Positions 25,224 through 35,819 of a stretch of 63,939 bases of DNA are shown piece by piece. Position numbers and translations under genes: made by a program. Under the pieces are notes generated by a model, which was given only the letters and a program-made list of their open reading frames with translations, searched no databases and was not told where the DNA came from. The stretch comes from Candidatus Taenariivivens baikalensis. GTDB lineage: Bacteria; Omnitrophota; Omnitrophia; Omnitrophales; Aquincolibacteriaceae. Location: contig SICL01000008.1 in the NCBI GenBank assembly GCA_009691445.1, positions 1 through 63,939 of the forward strand, read 5' to 3'. Numbering within the stretch: the stretch's first letter is position 1; each line of letters begins with the position of its first letter.

Positions 25224-26930
25224 TTAGCGCATCGAGAAAAGATGCCCGATGAGAGCCTGCGTCAACGCTTCAACCGGAACTTTTTTGGATTCTCCGGTCA
25301 GGCGGGATTTGATCTCGACCATTCCTTCTTTGAGATTGCGCTCGCCGATAATCACCTGCGTCGGGATTCCGATTAAGTCTGCGTCTGCAAACTTGACGCC
25401 TGCCCGTTCATCACGGTCGTCATAGAAAACCTCATAACGCTGCGCGTCCAAAGAATCGTGGATTTTCTCCGCAACCTCGGCGCTTTGCTTATCTTTTTGA
25501 TTGACCGTGATTACCGTGACTTCGAACGGAGCAATGCCTGGCGGCCACTTGATACCGCGTTCGTCATGATGTTCTTCAATGGCCGCCGCCAAAATTCGGT
25601 TCACGCCAATGCCGTAACATCCCATAATCGCGGGTTTGCGTTTCCCGTCTTCATCTAAAAAGTTGGCGCCGATGGACTCGGAGTACCGTGTCCCCAATTT
25701 GAACACGTGGCCGATTTCCATCGTTGTCGTCAAACGGAGTTTTCCGGATCCGTCCGGAGCCGCGTCGCCGTCTTTGACGGCGCGGATATCACCGAACACC
25801 GTCACATTGAAATCACGCCCGAGATTTACATTCTTATAGTGTTTGTCCTTCGTGTTGGCGCCGGTCACAAAGTCGGCCATGCCTTGAATATCCCAATCCG
25901 CATAAACAGGAATTTTAATCCCAAGAGGTCCAGCAAAACCCACAGGCGCGCCCGTTGCTTCTTCGATTTGCTGGGGACTGGCCAGTGACAACATTTTTAT
26001 TTTAAGCAGACGTCGCAGTTTTGATTCATTCACTTCGCTGTCACCGGAAACAAGCACCGCGATAAGATTTCCCTCCGCCGCGTAAATAAGCGTCTTCACC
26101 ATCTCCGAGGGTTTGATCTTGAATTTTTTGGCGAGTTCATCGATCGTACGAAGTTCCGGTGTATCAAAAATCACCGGCTTGCTTGATTTTGGAGGCGGCG
26201 TCTGTAAATTAGGATTGCCCCGCTCCGCGACATCCGTGCTGGCCAGGTATCCATTTTCAGATTTGGCAACGCGGTCTTCCCCGTACGGACATTCCACCAT
26301 AAATTCCTGGCTCATATTTCCGCCCATCATTCCCGAATCGGCTTTGACGATTTCGAATTTCAGGCCGCAGCGCGTAAAAATTTTTCGGTAAGCTTCGGAC
26401 ATTTTGTCATAGCTGATATCAAGACCCCGCAAGTCGCGGTCAAAGCTGTAGGCATCCTTCATAATAAATTCCTTGGTGCGGATCACTCCGAAACGCGGAC
26501 GCGCTTCATCGCGGAACTTGGTCTGGATTTGATAAAGTGTGACCGGGAGGTCGCGGAAGGAATTAATGCACGTCCCAACAAGATCCGTGATCACCTCTTC
26601 GTGCGTGGGGCCCAAAACAAATTCGTGGCCGGACCGGTTCTTGAAAGAGATCTTGTCGTCTCCGAGCGTTTCAAAGCGTCCAGATTTTTTCCAAAGATCC
26701 GCGGGATGAAGCGCGGGAAGCAGGACTTCTTCGGCCCCGGCACGGCTCATCTCTTCACGGATGATCTCAATGATCTTATGAAGAACCCGAAAACCCATCG
26801 GTAGATAACTATAGACGCCAGAGGCAAGCTGACGAACGAGGCCCGCACGAAGCGCCAGAATGTGACTGACCGCTTCTGCATCTTTGGGCGGATTTCTTAA
26901 GGTCGGTATAAGTGTTTGTGTCCAGCGCAT
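25224..26930 (-). CDS. proS: Proline--tRNA ligase
   Basis: 568 aa with class II motifs (FRDEARPRFGVIRTKEFIMKDAYSF), a bacterial-type insertion domain and a C-terminal anticodon-binding domain. Confidence 0.93.
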   Translation of the reverse strand: MRWTQTLIPTLRNPPKDAEAVSHILALRAGLVRQLASGVYSYLPMGFRVLHKIIEIIREEMSRAGAEEVLLPALHPADLWKKSGRFETLGDDKISFKNRSGHEFVLGPTHEEVITDLVGTCINSFRDLPVTLYQIQTKFRDEARPRFGVIRTKEFIMKDAYSFDRDLRGLDISYDKMSEAYRKIFTRCGLKFEIVKADSGMMGGNMSQEFMVECPYGEDRVAKSENGYLASTDVAERGNPNLQTPPPKSSKPVIFDTPELRTIDELAKKFKIKPSEMVKTLIYAAEGNLIAVLVSGDSEVNESKLRRLLKIKMLSLASPQQIEEATGAPVGFAGPLGIKIPVYADWDIQGMADFVTGANTKDKHYKNVNLGRDFNVTVFGDIRAVKDGDAAPDGSGKLRLTTTMEIGHVFKLGTRYSESIGANFLDEDGKRKPAIMGCYGIGVNRILAAAIEEHHDERGIKWPPGIAPFEVTVITVNQKDKQSAEVAEKIHDSLDAQRYEVFYDDRDERAGVKFADADLIGIPTQVIIGERNLKEGMVEIKSRLTGESKKVPVEALTQALIGHLFSMR

Positions 26931-26933
26931 AAG

Positions 26934-27006
26934 GGCTCAGCTTTCGGCTCTCAGCCTTCAGCAATCAGTTTTCATTTTTTCTGAAAGCTGACAGCTGAAA
27001 GCTCCT
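26934..27006. repeat. Heptamer-word hairpin between rseP and proS
   Basis: Left arm words gcTCAGC ttTCGGC tcTCAGC ctTCAGC. Right arm words GCTGAAA GCTGACA GCTGAAA. The arms are about 20/24 complementary. Confidence 0.7.
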
Positions 27007-28102
27007 AAAAAAGGTGTTTGATTCTCGCGATTACATCCAGATTAACGACATCATTATAAATAATAAAAACCATAAGCGCCAGAAGGAGTGCAAAGCCCAC
27101 CTGGGTTGCCTTATCCTGAACCTCCAGGCTCACAGTCTTGCGGCGGAAAGCTTCCACCAAAAGAAACATCAAATGACCGCCGTCCAGCGCCGGAATGGGA
27201 AGCAGATTGATCACTGCCAAAGAAACACTCAGCGTCGCCATCAGCTGAAGCACATAAGGAAGCCCCATCCGCGCAGCATCTCCGGTCATGGAAATAATCC
27301 CGATCGGTCCGGACATGGATTTAAAGGACATCTTTCCCGTCGCCACAAGAAAAAGTGCCCGATAGGTATTCACGGCAAGCTGGATCACCGTCTGTGCCGC
27401 ATGCTTGAGCGAAACCTGTAAACTGTAGCGTTCAAAAATCGCCGAGGCGGGATAAGGCGAAATACCAAGGCGCTTCACGCGAATGGATGTTCCAAAAGGA
27501 TCTTTGACCTCTTCGGATTTCAAATTGATTTCAATCGGCAGAAGCTCTCCGGAACGCTCAATCGTAAGCTTTGCCGCATCCTGAGGCGAGGCGTCCAGCG
27601 CCCGCGTGAGATCAAAAAAAGTCTGAACTTTTTTTCCGTTCACTTCCACGATTTTATCTTTTTTCATCAGGCCGCTTGTTTCCGCGGGATACCCTTTCAC
27701 AAATCCGCCGATGACCGTGCCCGGAACAGGACGGCCCATCATGAAAAGAAAAGAGAAAAGGAAGAATGCCAGAATATAATTCATAATCACGCCGGCACTC
27801 ACGATGAAAATGCGCGCACCCAGCGAAGCCGCCAGATAATCGCCAGGTTTAAGGCCTTCCTTGGAATCGACTTCACTGATGGATTCTCCGGCCGGCTTCA
27901 CAAAACCTCCCAGAGGAAAAAGAGAAATCGTGTAACGGGTTTCCTTTCCTTGCCAGTGGAGAATCTCAGGCCCGAATCCAATCGAGAACTTTTCCACCCT
28001 CACCTTAAAAAGACGGCAGGCCAGAAAATGGCCGAACTCGTGGATCACAATCAGCACTCCCAGCACAATCATGGTGGGGAAAATCGAATAAAAAAAACTC
28101 AT
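27005..28102 (-). CDS. rseP: RIP zinc metalloprotease RseP (site-2 protease, M50)
   Basis: HEFGHFL, a PDZ-like middle region and NLLPIPALDGGH. The ATG at 28102 forms an ATGA overlap with the dxr stop. Confidence 0.9.
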   Translation of the reverse strand: MSFFYSIFPTMIVLGVLIVIHEFGHFLACRLFKVRVEKFSIGFGPEILHWQGKETRYTISLFPLGGFVKPAGESISEVDSKEGLKPGDYLAASLGARIFIVSAGVIMNYILAFFLFSFLFMMGRPVPGTVIGGFVKGYPAETSGLMKKDKIVEVNGKKVQTFFDLTRALDASPQDAAKLTIERSGELLPIEINLKSEEVKDPFGTSIRVKRLGISPYPASAIFERYSLQVSLKHAAQTVIQLAVNTYRALFLVATGKMSFKSMSGPIGIISMTGDAARMGLPYVLQLMATLSVSLAVINLLPIPALDGGHLMFLLVEAFRRKTVSLEVQDKATQVGFALLLALMVFIIYNDVVNLDVIARIKHLF

Positions 28103-29241
28103 AACTGCTCCTTGGCTTGTTCCCGGGCCCAAAGATCACTCTGGATCAAATCCTGAAGTCCGGGATTAGAAATAAGTCGGTGTTTTTTCATCACATTTTC
28201 AATGATGCTCGGGATCTTCAAAAAAGAGATCTCTTCTTTTAAAAAAGCTTCGACCGCTACTTCATTCGCGGCATTGAGCACCGCCGGAAGGCTTCCACCC
28301 TTTTGGCTTGCCTCATACCCGAGATCAAGACAGGGAAAACGTTTCCGGTCAGGTCGTTCAAAATGAAAGCGGTGAAGCGCAACAAGATCCAGCGTAGGAA
28401 GATGGTTCATCAAACGCGCAGGATAAGTGAGCGCATACTGGATGGGAAGACGCATATCGGTGATCGCGAGATTCGCAAGATGTGTTCCGTCGACAAATTC
28501 CACCATCGCGTGAATGACCGCTTCGGGATGCACCAGCACTTCGATTTTGTCCGGATGAAACCCAAATAGATTGGCGGCTTCAATCACTTCCAAACCTTTG
28601 TTCATTAATGTTGCGGAGTCAATCGTAATCTTAGCACCCATTTTCCACTTCGGATGATTCAAGGCCTGCTTGGGCGTCACGCGAGTGAGCGATCCTTTCT
28701 TTTTATGGAAAGGGCCGCCGGAAGAAGTCAGAATCAGTTTCTTGACCATATCCACGCGCTGTCCTTCAAGGCACTGCCATAATCCCGAATGCTCGCTGTC
28801 AATTGGAAGAATCTTGACTCCTGTTTTTTTCGCTTCTTCGACCAAAAGCTTCCCTGCAATCACGAGAGGCTCTTTGTTCGCGATTGCCAAATCCTTTTTA
28901 GCTTTGAGCGCCGCAAAAATCGGAGCAAGGCCAACGGCACCGACGAGAGCGAAAACAACCTTCTGAACACCGGCAAGCGTACTGACTTCGCAAAGCCCTT
29001 CATCACCCGTGACCACCCGGATCTTTAAAGAGCGGAGTTCTTTTTGGACTTTAGCCGCGCTTTCAGGGTTATAAATACAAACGACTTCGGGACGAAATTC
29101 CCGCGCCTGAGCGATCAAATCATCGATGCTTTTTTTTGCCGCAAGCGCCAAAACACGGAATTTGTCAGGATGAGTTCTGACAATCCGTAATGTATTGATC
29201 CCGATCGAACCCGTGGATCCTAATATTGAAATGTTGATCAT
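28099..29241 (-). CDS. dxr: 1-deoxy-D-xylulose 5-phosphate reductoisomerase
   Basis: MINISILGSTGSIG, IDSEHS and NKGLEVIEA. The track's N-terminal extension (MLCSLRSLAMT) is a translated repeat element. Confidence 0.93.
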   Translation of the reverse strand: MINISILGSTGSIGINTLRIVRTHPDKFRVLALAAKKSIDDLIAQAREFRPEVVCIYNPESAAKVQKELRSLKIRVVTGDEGLCEVSTLAGVQKVVFALVGAVGLAPIFAALKAKKDLAIANKEPLVIAGKLLVEEAKKTGVKILPIDSEHSGLWQCLEGQRVDMVKKLILTSSGGPFHKKKGSLTRVTPKQALNHPKWKMGAKITIDSATLMNKGLEVIEAANLFGFHPDKIEVLVHPEAVIHAMVEFVDGTHLANLAITDMRLPIQYALTYPARLMNHLPTLDLVALHRFHFERPDRKRFPCLDLGYEASQKGGSLPAVLNAANEVAVEAFLKEEISFLKIPSIIENVMKKHRLISNPGLQDLIQSDLWAREQAKEQL

Positions 29242-29253
29242 AGTTTGTTTGAC

Positions 29254-29345
29254 CGTCATTGCGAGCGACCGGAGGGAGCAAAGCAATCTCGGGTTATGCC
29301 CCGGGATTGCCGCGTCTCCGCCAAAGCGCGGGACTCGCAGTGATA
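29254..29345 (+). repeat. Miniature inverted-repeat element, GTCATTGCGAG family
   Basis: cgtcattgcgagcga...gcaatctc...gcgggactcgcagtgataa is collinear with the reverse complement of 10414-10492. Confidence 0.75.
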
Positions 29346-29354
29346 ACGTACCAA

Positions 29355-30158
29355 TTAATGAGCCGACTGAAATCCAAGAAAAAATACGACGTAATAATAC
29401 ACAAAAGGGACCGTCAAGAGGAGACTATCCATAATATCAAGCACCCCGCCCAGACCGGGAATCACCCCTGAGTCCTTCACGCCCACGTCCCGCTTCATCA
29501 AGCTCTCCACCAGATCTCCGATCTGGGCAATCACGCTCACCAGAATGCCTAGAATAAAAAGATGCCCCCAGAAAACATTCTTGAGATAAAAACCCGAAAG
29601 CAGAGAAAGCACCAAGGTTGTGGCTAGACCGCCCCAGGCTCCTTCGATCGATTTATTGGGGCTAATATGCTTAGCAAGTTTTGAAGTTCCGTATTTCGTA
29701 CCCACAAAATAGGCGCCCGCATCTCCGGCCTTTACCAACAGAATCGTATAAAAAACCCACGACGATCCGTGAATGAGGTCGTGCATTTTAATGAGATGGG
29801 AAAAAAACCAGACCACGTAGACCAGGCCAAAGGTCATCATAGAGACCGAACCAAACACCTGTGAATTCAAATCCTCACGAAAATAAAGCACAAAGACAAG
29901 CAGAATGCCCAGCACAAAAAGCACCGGCTCCGCGCCCCAATTCGTCAAAATCGGAATCAGGACAGCCAGCGTCATCGCAAGAAGCTTGTGAACCACCACT
30001 CCTTTTTTCTCGATCAGAGCCAGAAACTCATGAAAGCCAACCAGACAAAAGGCCTCAACCACGAGAATAAAAATCCAGCGGGGTGCGGCAAAGATAGTCA
30101 AGAGAGCCAGCGCCACAAACAAGGAAGAAAATGTGAGTCGTTTAACCAGAGTCGTCAT
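29355..30158 (-). CDS. cdsA: Phosphatidate cytidylyltransferase
   Basis: Polytopic, with C-terminal SLMKRDVGVKDSGVIPGLGGVLD; conserved uppS-cdsA-dxr-rseP order. Confidence 0.9.
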   Translation of the reverse strand: MTTLVKRLTFSSLFVALALLTIFAAPRWIFILVVEAFCLVGFHEFLALIEKKGVVVHKLLAMTLAVLIPILTNWGAEPVLFVLGILLVFVLYFREDLNSQVFGSVSMMTFGLVYVVWFFSHLIKMHDLIHGSSWVFYTILLVKAGDAGAYFVGTKYGTSKLAKHISPNKSIEGAWGGLATTLVLSLLSGFYLKNVFWGHLFILGILVSVIAQIGDLVESLMKRDVGVKDSGVIPGLGGVLDIMDSLLLTVPFVYYYVVFFLGFQSAH

Positions 30159-30892
30159 GAGGCTGGATTCACCGTAGTCAGACCAAAACGGCGCTCTCGT
30201 TTTTGATAGTTTTGAATCGCCTTAGCAAATTCTTCTTCCGTAAATTCCGGCCAGAATTTATCCGTCAGGTAAAGTTCAGCATAAGAAATTTGCCAAAGCA
30301 AAAAATTACTGATACGCATTTCGCCGCTGGTTCGGATCAGAAGGTCCGGATCCGGCAAATTGGCCGTATAAAGATGCTGAGAAATCATCTCTTCCGTAAT
30401 GTCCCCGGGGGTTAATACTCCCTGAGCCACTTTCTCAGCAATCTTCCGGCAGGCCTGCAGAAGCTCAAGACGCGAGGAGTAGCTGATCGCAAAAGTCACC
30501 ACCAGCCCGGTATTCTTTTTTGTTTCTTCAATGTTGCGTTTCATTTTTTCCTGAATCAGACTCGGAAGATCGTTCAGGTTCCCGATAAAATTAAAAATCA
30601 CATTGTGTTCGTGGAATTTTTTAAGCTTGAGATCCAGATACGTGGAAAGAAGATTCATCAGAAAAGAAACTTCCAGCTTGGGCCGGTTCCAGTTTTCCTT
30701 GGAAAAAGCATACAGCGTCAGGTATTTGACGCCGTAATCCGGGACAACTTCAATGAGCTCTTCCAGACGGTTCACACCCTCCTGGTGCCCTTGAATCCGA
30801 AGCAATCCCTTTTTCTGGGCCCAACGCCCGTTCCCATCCATAATAATTGCGACATGATGCGGAAGATTTTGGGGTTCAACTTTAAGCGGCAT
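30155..30892 (-). CDS. uppS: Isoprenyl transferase (undecaprenyl diphosphate synthase)
   Basis: Contains HVAIIMDGNGRWA, LTLYAFSKENWNRP and IRTSGEMRISNFLLWQ. Confidence 0.93.
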   Translation of the reverse strand: MPLKVEPQNLPHHVAIIMDGNGRWAQKKGLLRIQGHQEGVNRLEELIEVVPDYGVKYLTLYAFSKENWNRPKLEVSFLMNLLSTYLDLKLKKFHEHNVIFNFIGNLNDLPSLIQEKMKRNIEETKKNTGLVVTFAISYSSRLELLQACRKIAEKVAQGVLTPGDITEEMISQHLYTANLPDPDLLIRTSGEMRISNFLLWQISYAELYLTDKFWPEFTEEEFAKAIQNYQKRERRFGLTTVNPAS

Positions 30893-30896
30893 TCTT

Positions 30897-32171
30897 TTAT
30901 AGGAAGATCGTCTGGGAGCGTTTGCTCCCTACGGAAACGATTTTGATTGGGGTTTCGAGAAGTCGTTCAAGCCGTTGCAGGTACCGGCGCGCATTCACCG
31001 GAAGATCTTTCCAGCGAGTGGCACTTGAGATATCCTCTTTCCATCCCGGCATGGATTCATAAATGGGCTTGCATCGGGAGAACTCATCCGTGGAGGTAGG
31101 ATAATCTTTCAGGATTTTTCCACCCAAACGGTAACCCGTCGCGATTTTCACTTCCGGAAGTCCGGAAAGAACATCAAGCTTCATCACCACCATTTCATTA
31201 AGTCCATTAATACGGACTGCGTGTTTGGTAATCACGCCGTCAAACCATCCACAGCGGCGCGGACGGCCGGTCGTGGAGCCGTATTCGTTTCCCTGTTTTT
31301 GAATCTGTTCCATCAGCTTGGGAGGAAACTGGGTGGGAAAAGGACCTTCGCCGACACGAGTCGTGTAGGCTTTCACCACACCAATGACGCGGTCAATTAA
31401 GGTCGGGCTTACTCCAGAGCCGGTGATCGCTCCTCCCACAGAGGCATTGGATGAAGTCACAAAGGGATAGGTTCCGTGATCCACATCCAGCATGGTTCCC
31501 TGAGCTCCTTCAAAGAGAAGATTTTTTTTCTTTTTGGACGCTTCATAAAGATAATTGGAAGTGCTGATGGAGAACTGAAGAAGCCGCTTGCGGATTTTCA
31601 GAAGGCCGGAATAAATTTCATCAAAGGAAAGGCCGGGATGATTATAGAGTTTACGAAGCGCCTGATTCTTTTCCTCCAGAACAACCCCTAAACGGACTTT
31701 GAGAGAATTCACATTTCTTAAATCCGCCACCCGGATTCCAAGCCGCGCCATTTTATCCGCATAACAGGGACCGATTCCCCGCTTCGTGGTTCCGATTTTG
31801 TGGTCCTGATGCGAATTTTCTTCCTTCAATTGATCGAGCAGGCGGTGATAAGGAAGCAAAAGATGCGCAGCATCGGAAACGAAAAGTCTTCCGTCTACTT
31901 TAATGCCTTTTCCGTGAAGCATTTTAACTTCCTCAAAAAAGGCTTCGGGATCCAGCACCACGCCGTTTCCGATCACACAGATTTTCTTCGGATGAAGAAT
32001 GCCGGAGGGAATCAGATGAAGGACATAAGTTTGATTTTCAATCTTGACGGTGTGACCGGCATTATTGCCGCCCTGATAGCGGACAATGATATCGCTTTTC
32101 TCCGCCAGAATATCAATGATCTTCCCTTTGCCTTCATCTCCCCAGTGCGCTCCGATAATAATATGGTTCAT
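30897..32171 (-). CDS. purA: Adenylosuccinate synthase
   Basis: Contains GAHWGDEGKGKIID, GGNNAGHT, TTKRGIGPCY and GTTGRPRRCGW. Confidence 0.95.
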   Translation of the reverse strand: MNHIIIGAHWGDEGKGKIIDILAEKSDIIVRYQGGNNAGHTVKIENQTYVLHLIPSGILHPKKICVIGNGVVLDPEAFFEEVKMLHGKGIKVDGRLFVSDAAHLLLPYHRLLDQLKEENSHQDHKIGTTKRGIGPCYADKMARLGIRVADLRNVNSLKVRLGVVLEEKNQALRKLYNHPGLSFDEIYSGLLKIRKRLLQFSISTSNYLYEASKKKKNLLFEGAQGTMLDVDHGTYPFVTSSNASVGGAITGSGVSPTLIDRVIGVVKAYTTRVGEGPFPTQFPPKLMEQIQKQGNEYGSTTGRPRRCGWFDGVITKHAVRINGLNEMVVMKLDVLSGLPEVKIATGYRLGGKILKDYPTSTDEFSRCKPIYESMPGWKEDISSATRWKDLPVNARRYLQRLERLLETPIKIVSVGSKRSQTIFL

Positions 32172-33766
32172 AATTTCACGACTTTGGCATCAAGAATTGG
32201 AGAAAATTTCTTGATCTCCTTAAGCACTGACGCGGAAACATCGTTATCCGTCATGATCACCGTCATCGCCATCGTCTTGGATCCTTTTTTGATGCGGCCC
32301 AAAGACATTTCAGCGATATTGATGTGATTGTCGCCAAGAATCCTTCCGAGATTACCAACCACACCGGGCCTGTCCTCATTATGGATGAAAAGAGCAATGC
32401 CTTCCGGAGCCATCTCCAAGCGAAACTCGTTCACTCGCACAATGCGTGGAAACTGTTCACCAAAAAGCGCGCCCATAATCCGGTTGGGTCCGGACTTGGA
32501 CGACTTCTCATCATTAACAATCACTTCGATATAATTAGTGAAATCTTCTTTTTCCGTGCTTCGATTTTCATTCACAGCCATTCCGCGTTCCTGGGCAATG
32601 GCCGGGGCATTCACAAAGTTAACCGTCTCTCCGCAAATGGGCGTCAAAAGGCCCTTGAGCATCGCAATGGTAAGCGGTTTGAGATTGTATTTCGTGAGCA
32701 CGCCCCCGTAACGCACGGTGACAGTTTGAATTCCGCCGCCGAAAAGTTGGGAATAAAGCATCCCAATTTTTTCCGAAAGCGTAATCCAGGGCTTAAGAAC
32801 ACTATAAGTTTCAGGATCCAGATTCGGAAGATTAACCGCGTTTTTGATCGCACGTTCATGAAGGGCATCGAGCACCTGCTTGACGACATCGATGGCCACA
32901 TTTTCTTGGGCTTCCTGAGTGGCCGCTCCCAAATGTGGAGTGGAAATTACCTGTGGAAGTTCCAAGAGAGGATTATTCACGGGCGGTTCGTCTTCAAACA
33001 CATCGAGCGCCGCGCCGGAAACTTTCCCGGATTTAATAGCTTCGTAAAGCGCCTTCTCTTCAATAATACCGCCACGAGCACAGTTAATAACCTTAACACC
33101 CGTTTTACACAGCTTGAATGTTTCAGCGTTTAAAATATATTTAGTTTCAGGCGTAAGCGGGGTGTGGACCGTAATAAAGTCCGCAATCTTGAGCAATGAT
33201 TTAAGTTCCAGAAAATCCACTGGGAAATCCTTAATACTGTCCTTGGTCACAAAAGGATCAAAGATCACTACTTTCATCCCAAAAGCAATGGCTCGCTTCA
33301 TAACTTCGCGGCCAATGCGGCCAAAACCAATTACGGCAAGCGTTTTTCCGTGGAGTTCTGTTCCAAGAAATTTATGGCGATCCCATTCCCCCTGGCGCAT
33401 GGATTGATTAGCCTGAGGAATATTACGAGCCAGCGACATCAGCATCGAAAACGTGTGCTCAGCCGTAGAGATCGTATTGCCTTCGGGCGTATTCATCACA
33501 ATAATACCCTTGGCCGTGGCCGTCTCAAGATGCACATTGTCCACACCGACGCCCGCGCGCCCAATCACGCGCAGTTTTTTAGCTGCGGTCAAAATATCTT
33601 TGGTCAGTTTAGTGCCGCTTCGAATAATAATGGCCTCATAATCACCAATAATCTTCTTCAGCTGCTCCGGAGGAAGCCCTGTTTTTTCCTCCACAACGAA
33701 ATCTTTTTCTTTTTTAAGCTCATCCATTCCGGCTTTACCCAGAGGATCGCTCACAAGAATTTTCAT
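32168..33766 (-). CDS. serA: D-3-phosphoglycerate dehydrogenase with a C-terminal ACT domain
   Basis: MKILVSDPL..., GFGRIGREV, and a C-terminal ACT-like region. The ATG at 33766 is preferred; the upstream extension runs toward a repeat element. Confidence 0.9.
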   Translation of the reverse strand: MKILVSDPLGKAGMDELKKEKDFVVEEKTGLPPEQLKKIIGDYEAIIIRSGTKLTKDILTAAKKLRVIGRAGVGVDNVHLETATAKGIIVMNTPEGNTISTAEHTFSMLMSLARNIPQANQSMRQGEWDRHKFLGTELHGKTLAVIGFGRIGREVMKRAIAFGMKVVIFDPFVTKDSIKDFPVDFLELKSLLKIADFITVHTPLTPETKYILNAETFKLCKTGVKVINCARGGIIEEKALYEAIKSGKVSGAALDVFEDEPPVNNPLLELPQVISTPHLGAATQEAQENVAIDVVKQVLDALHERAIKNAVNLPNLDPETYSVLKPWITLSEKIGMLYSQLFGGGIQTVTVRYGGVLTKYNLKPLTIAMLKGLLTPICGETVNFVNAPAIAQERGMAVNENRSTEKEDFTNYIEVIVNDEKSSKSGPNRIMGALFGEQFPRIVRVNEFRLEMAPEGIALFIHNEDRPGVVGNLGRILGDNHINIAEMSLGRIKKGSKTMAMTVIMTDNDVSASVLKEIKKFSPILDAKVVKL

Positions 33767-33835
33767 TTTCTTTGCTTTTTTTTCCACAAAAAACCTTTTT
33801 GACTTGGCTTTAGATAATACTTCTAAGGATTGGCC

Positions 33836-33907
33836 GAGATTGCTTAGCTTCGCCCGCAATGACATCATTGCGAGGAACCCACCGAAGGTAGGAGACGAAT
33901 CAATCTC
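33836..33907 (+). mobile_element. MITE-like element with GAGATTGCTT terminal inverted repeats (copy 3)
   Basis: gagattgcttagcttcgcccgcaatgacatcattgcgag...gacgaatcaatctc lies between clpP and serA. Confidence 0.7.
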
Positions 33908-33915
33908 AGAGCAAG

Positions 33916-34515
33916 TTATTTCTTGATATCGCCGCGACTGGCAACGACATGATCAACGATACCATAAGCCCGCGCTTCTTCTGCGCTCATAAAGTAGTCA
34001 CGGTCCGTGTCTTTTTTGACTTTCTCCAGCGGCTGGCCCGTATGCTTGGCAATCATCCCGTTCAGCTGGTCTTTCATTTTCAAAATTTCCTGAGCCTGAA
34101 TCTGGATATCAGAAGCCGTCCCCTGAGCGCCGCCCCAAGGTTGATGAATCATCACCCTGGAATTCGGAAGAGAGTAGCGTTTCCCCTTGGTTCCCACCAT
34201 CAGCAGCATCGCCCCCATACTGGCCGCCTGTCCCACGCAGTAAGTGGCAATGTCGCATTTCACGAACTGCAGCGTGTCATAAATAGCAAGCCCGGCCGTC
34301 ACCGAACCACCTGGAGAGTTCACGTAGACATTAATATCTTTGGCTGAATCTTCCATTTGAAGAAAGAGAATCTGCGCAATAATGATATTGGCAATCTGAT
34401 CATCAATCGGCGTTCCGATAAAAACAATCCGGTCCTTCATTAAACGGGAATAAATATCGTAGGATCTTTCACCTCTTCCTGTCTGCTCAACCACAATCGG
34501 AACTAAGTAACTCAT
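33916..34515 (-). CDS. clpP: ATP-dependent Clp protease proteolytic subunit
   Basis: [33 protein letters not shown] and MIHQP. The ATG at 34515 follows agggggtttt; the longer track ORF overlaps tig. Confidence 0.93.
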   Translation of the reverse strand: MSYLVPIVVEQTGRGERSYDIYSRLMKDRIVFIGTPIDDQIANIIIAQILFLQMEDSAKDINVYVNSPGGSVTAGLAIYDTLQFVKCDIATYCVGQAASMGAMLLMVGTKGKRYSLPNSRVMIHQPWGGAQGTASDIQIQAQEILKMKDQLNGMIAKHTGQPLEKVKKDTDRDYFMSAEEARAYGIVDHVVASRGDIKK

Positions 34516-34531
34516 AAAACCCCCTGCTTTT

Positions 34532-35800
34532 TCATTTTGTTTTTGCGTTCGTTTTAAGATATTGAATGGCTTTTTCGCTTCGAATCTGTTCTTCCAGTGA
34601 ATGACGGGCGTCGTGATTTTCGGTGTAATATTTACGAACCAGATCCGCTTCCTGATGGACCTGGGCCGCCACATCCTGATAGCGCTTCTCGAAATCCTCT
34701 TCCAAAGCTGCCAGGTTTTCTTTTGTCGAGATTTCATCTAAAAGAAAAGCAATATGCACCTGACGCTTGGCTTCGTCTTCCAGATCCTTTCGCAGCTCCT
34801 TGGTCATCTCTTCCAATTTTTCTTTGGGAAATCCACTGCGTTCATAGTGCGCCAAGGCATCCTTCACCAGGTATTCAAGCCGGCGTGCCACCATGCCTTC
34901 GGGAAGCGAGATCTTGTTTTGTTTGATCAGTTCATCCAGAAGCGCTTTTTCATAGGACGCTTCGGCCTGCTTTTCTTTGGCAGCCAGAATTTCATGACGG
35001 ATCTTTTCCTTAAGCGCCGCAAGCGAATCAAAATTTCCGGCTCCTTTGGCAAGATCATCATTCATTTCAGGAAGGATTTCTTCTTTGAGTTCCTTCACCT
35101 TGACGGAAAAAACTGCGGGCTTTCCCGCGTATTCCTTTTTCCAGAAATTTTCCGGCAGTGTCACCGAAATGTCTTTTTCATCGCCGGATTTTGCGCCGGT
35201 CAGGCTTTTTGCAAAACCTTTGATGTATTCCTCTTCCTTTACCTGCACCCAGTCTTCGTCGCGCTGATCCACGACGGCTTCACCGGATTTGCAGACATAC
35301 TCAATGACCACATAGTCATTTTCGCGCGCCTCGCGGTCCTCAATAGTTTTGTACTGGGCCTGGGCTTTTTGAACACGTTTCAGGGATTCCTCGATTTCCT
35401 CCGGCTTGACCACCGTCGGCTCTTTTTTAACCTGCAGTCCCGTTACTTTGGAGAGCTTGATCTTGGGACGGACTTCAATCTGAGCGCGGTAAACAAGTTT
35501 TTCCTCAGAAAAATCCACTTCATCAATCTGGGGATATCCGATCGGTTCGATGGCCTCTTCTTTGATGGCTTCGCGGTAAGAGTCGGAGATGAGCTGATTG
35601 AGGACATTTTTTTTGGCTTCATCCTGATAATGCATCATCAGGACCGAGCGCGGGGCTTTGCCCGGACGAAATCCGGGGATTTTGGCTTTAGCAGAAATCG
35701 AGCTGTAAAACGACTCATACTCCCGCTTGACATCACTAGGATCAAGTTCAATTTTGAGAATTTTTTCGCAGGCTTTTCCGTCTTTGACTTTCACTTTCAA
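34532..35800 (-). CDS. tig: Trigger factor
   Basis: 422 aa, N-terminal GFRPGKAP motif, tig-clpP synteny. Confidence 0.9.
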   Translation of the reverse strand: MKVKVKDGKACEKILKIELDPSDVKREYESFYSSISAKAKIPGFRPGKAPRSVLMMHYQDEAKKNVLNQLISDSYREAIKEEAIEPIGYPQIDEVDFSEEKLVYRAQIEVRPKIKLSKVTGLQVKKEPTVVKPEEIEESLKRVQKAQAQYKTIEDREARENDYVVIEYVCKSGEAVVDQRDEDWVQVKEEEYIKGFAKSLTGAKSGDEKDISVTLPENFWKKEYAGKPAVFSVKVKELKEEILPEMNDDLAKGAGNFDSLAALKEKIRHEILAAKEKQAEASYEKALLDELIKQNKISLPEGMVARRLEYLVKDALAHYERSGFPKEKLEEMTKELRKDLEDEAKRQVHIAFLLDEISTKENLAALEEDFEKRYQDVAAQVHQEADLVRKYYTENHDARHSLEEQIRSEKAIQYLKTNAKTK

Positions 35801-35819
35801 GAGGCACCACCTAAAATTT

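Noticed and set aside
29242-29286. N-terminal extensions of track ORFs (dxr 29286, serA 33868, clpP 34737, nnrD 52468, 41638, 37945, rseP 28132)
   Set aside because: The extensions translate repeat elements, tRNAs or the upstream gene. Internal ATGs with conserved N-terminal motifs and/or SD-like sequences give the expected protein lengths.
32324-33133. 269-aa + strand ORF
   Set aside because: It is antisense to serA and has no motifs.
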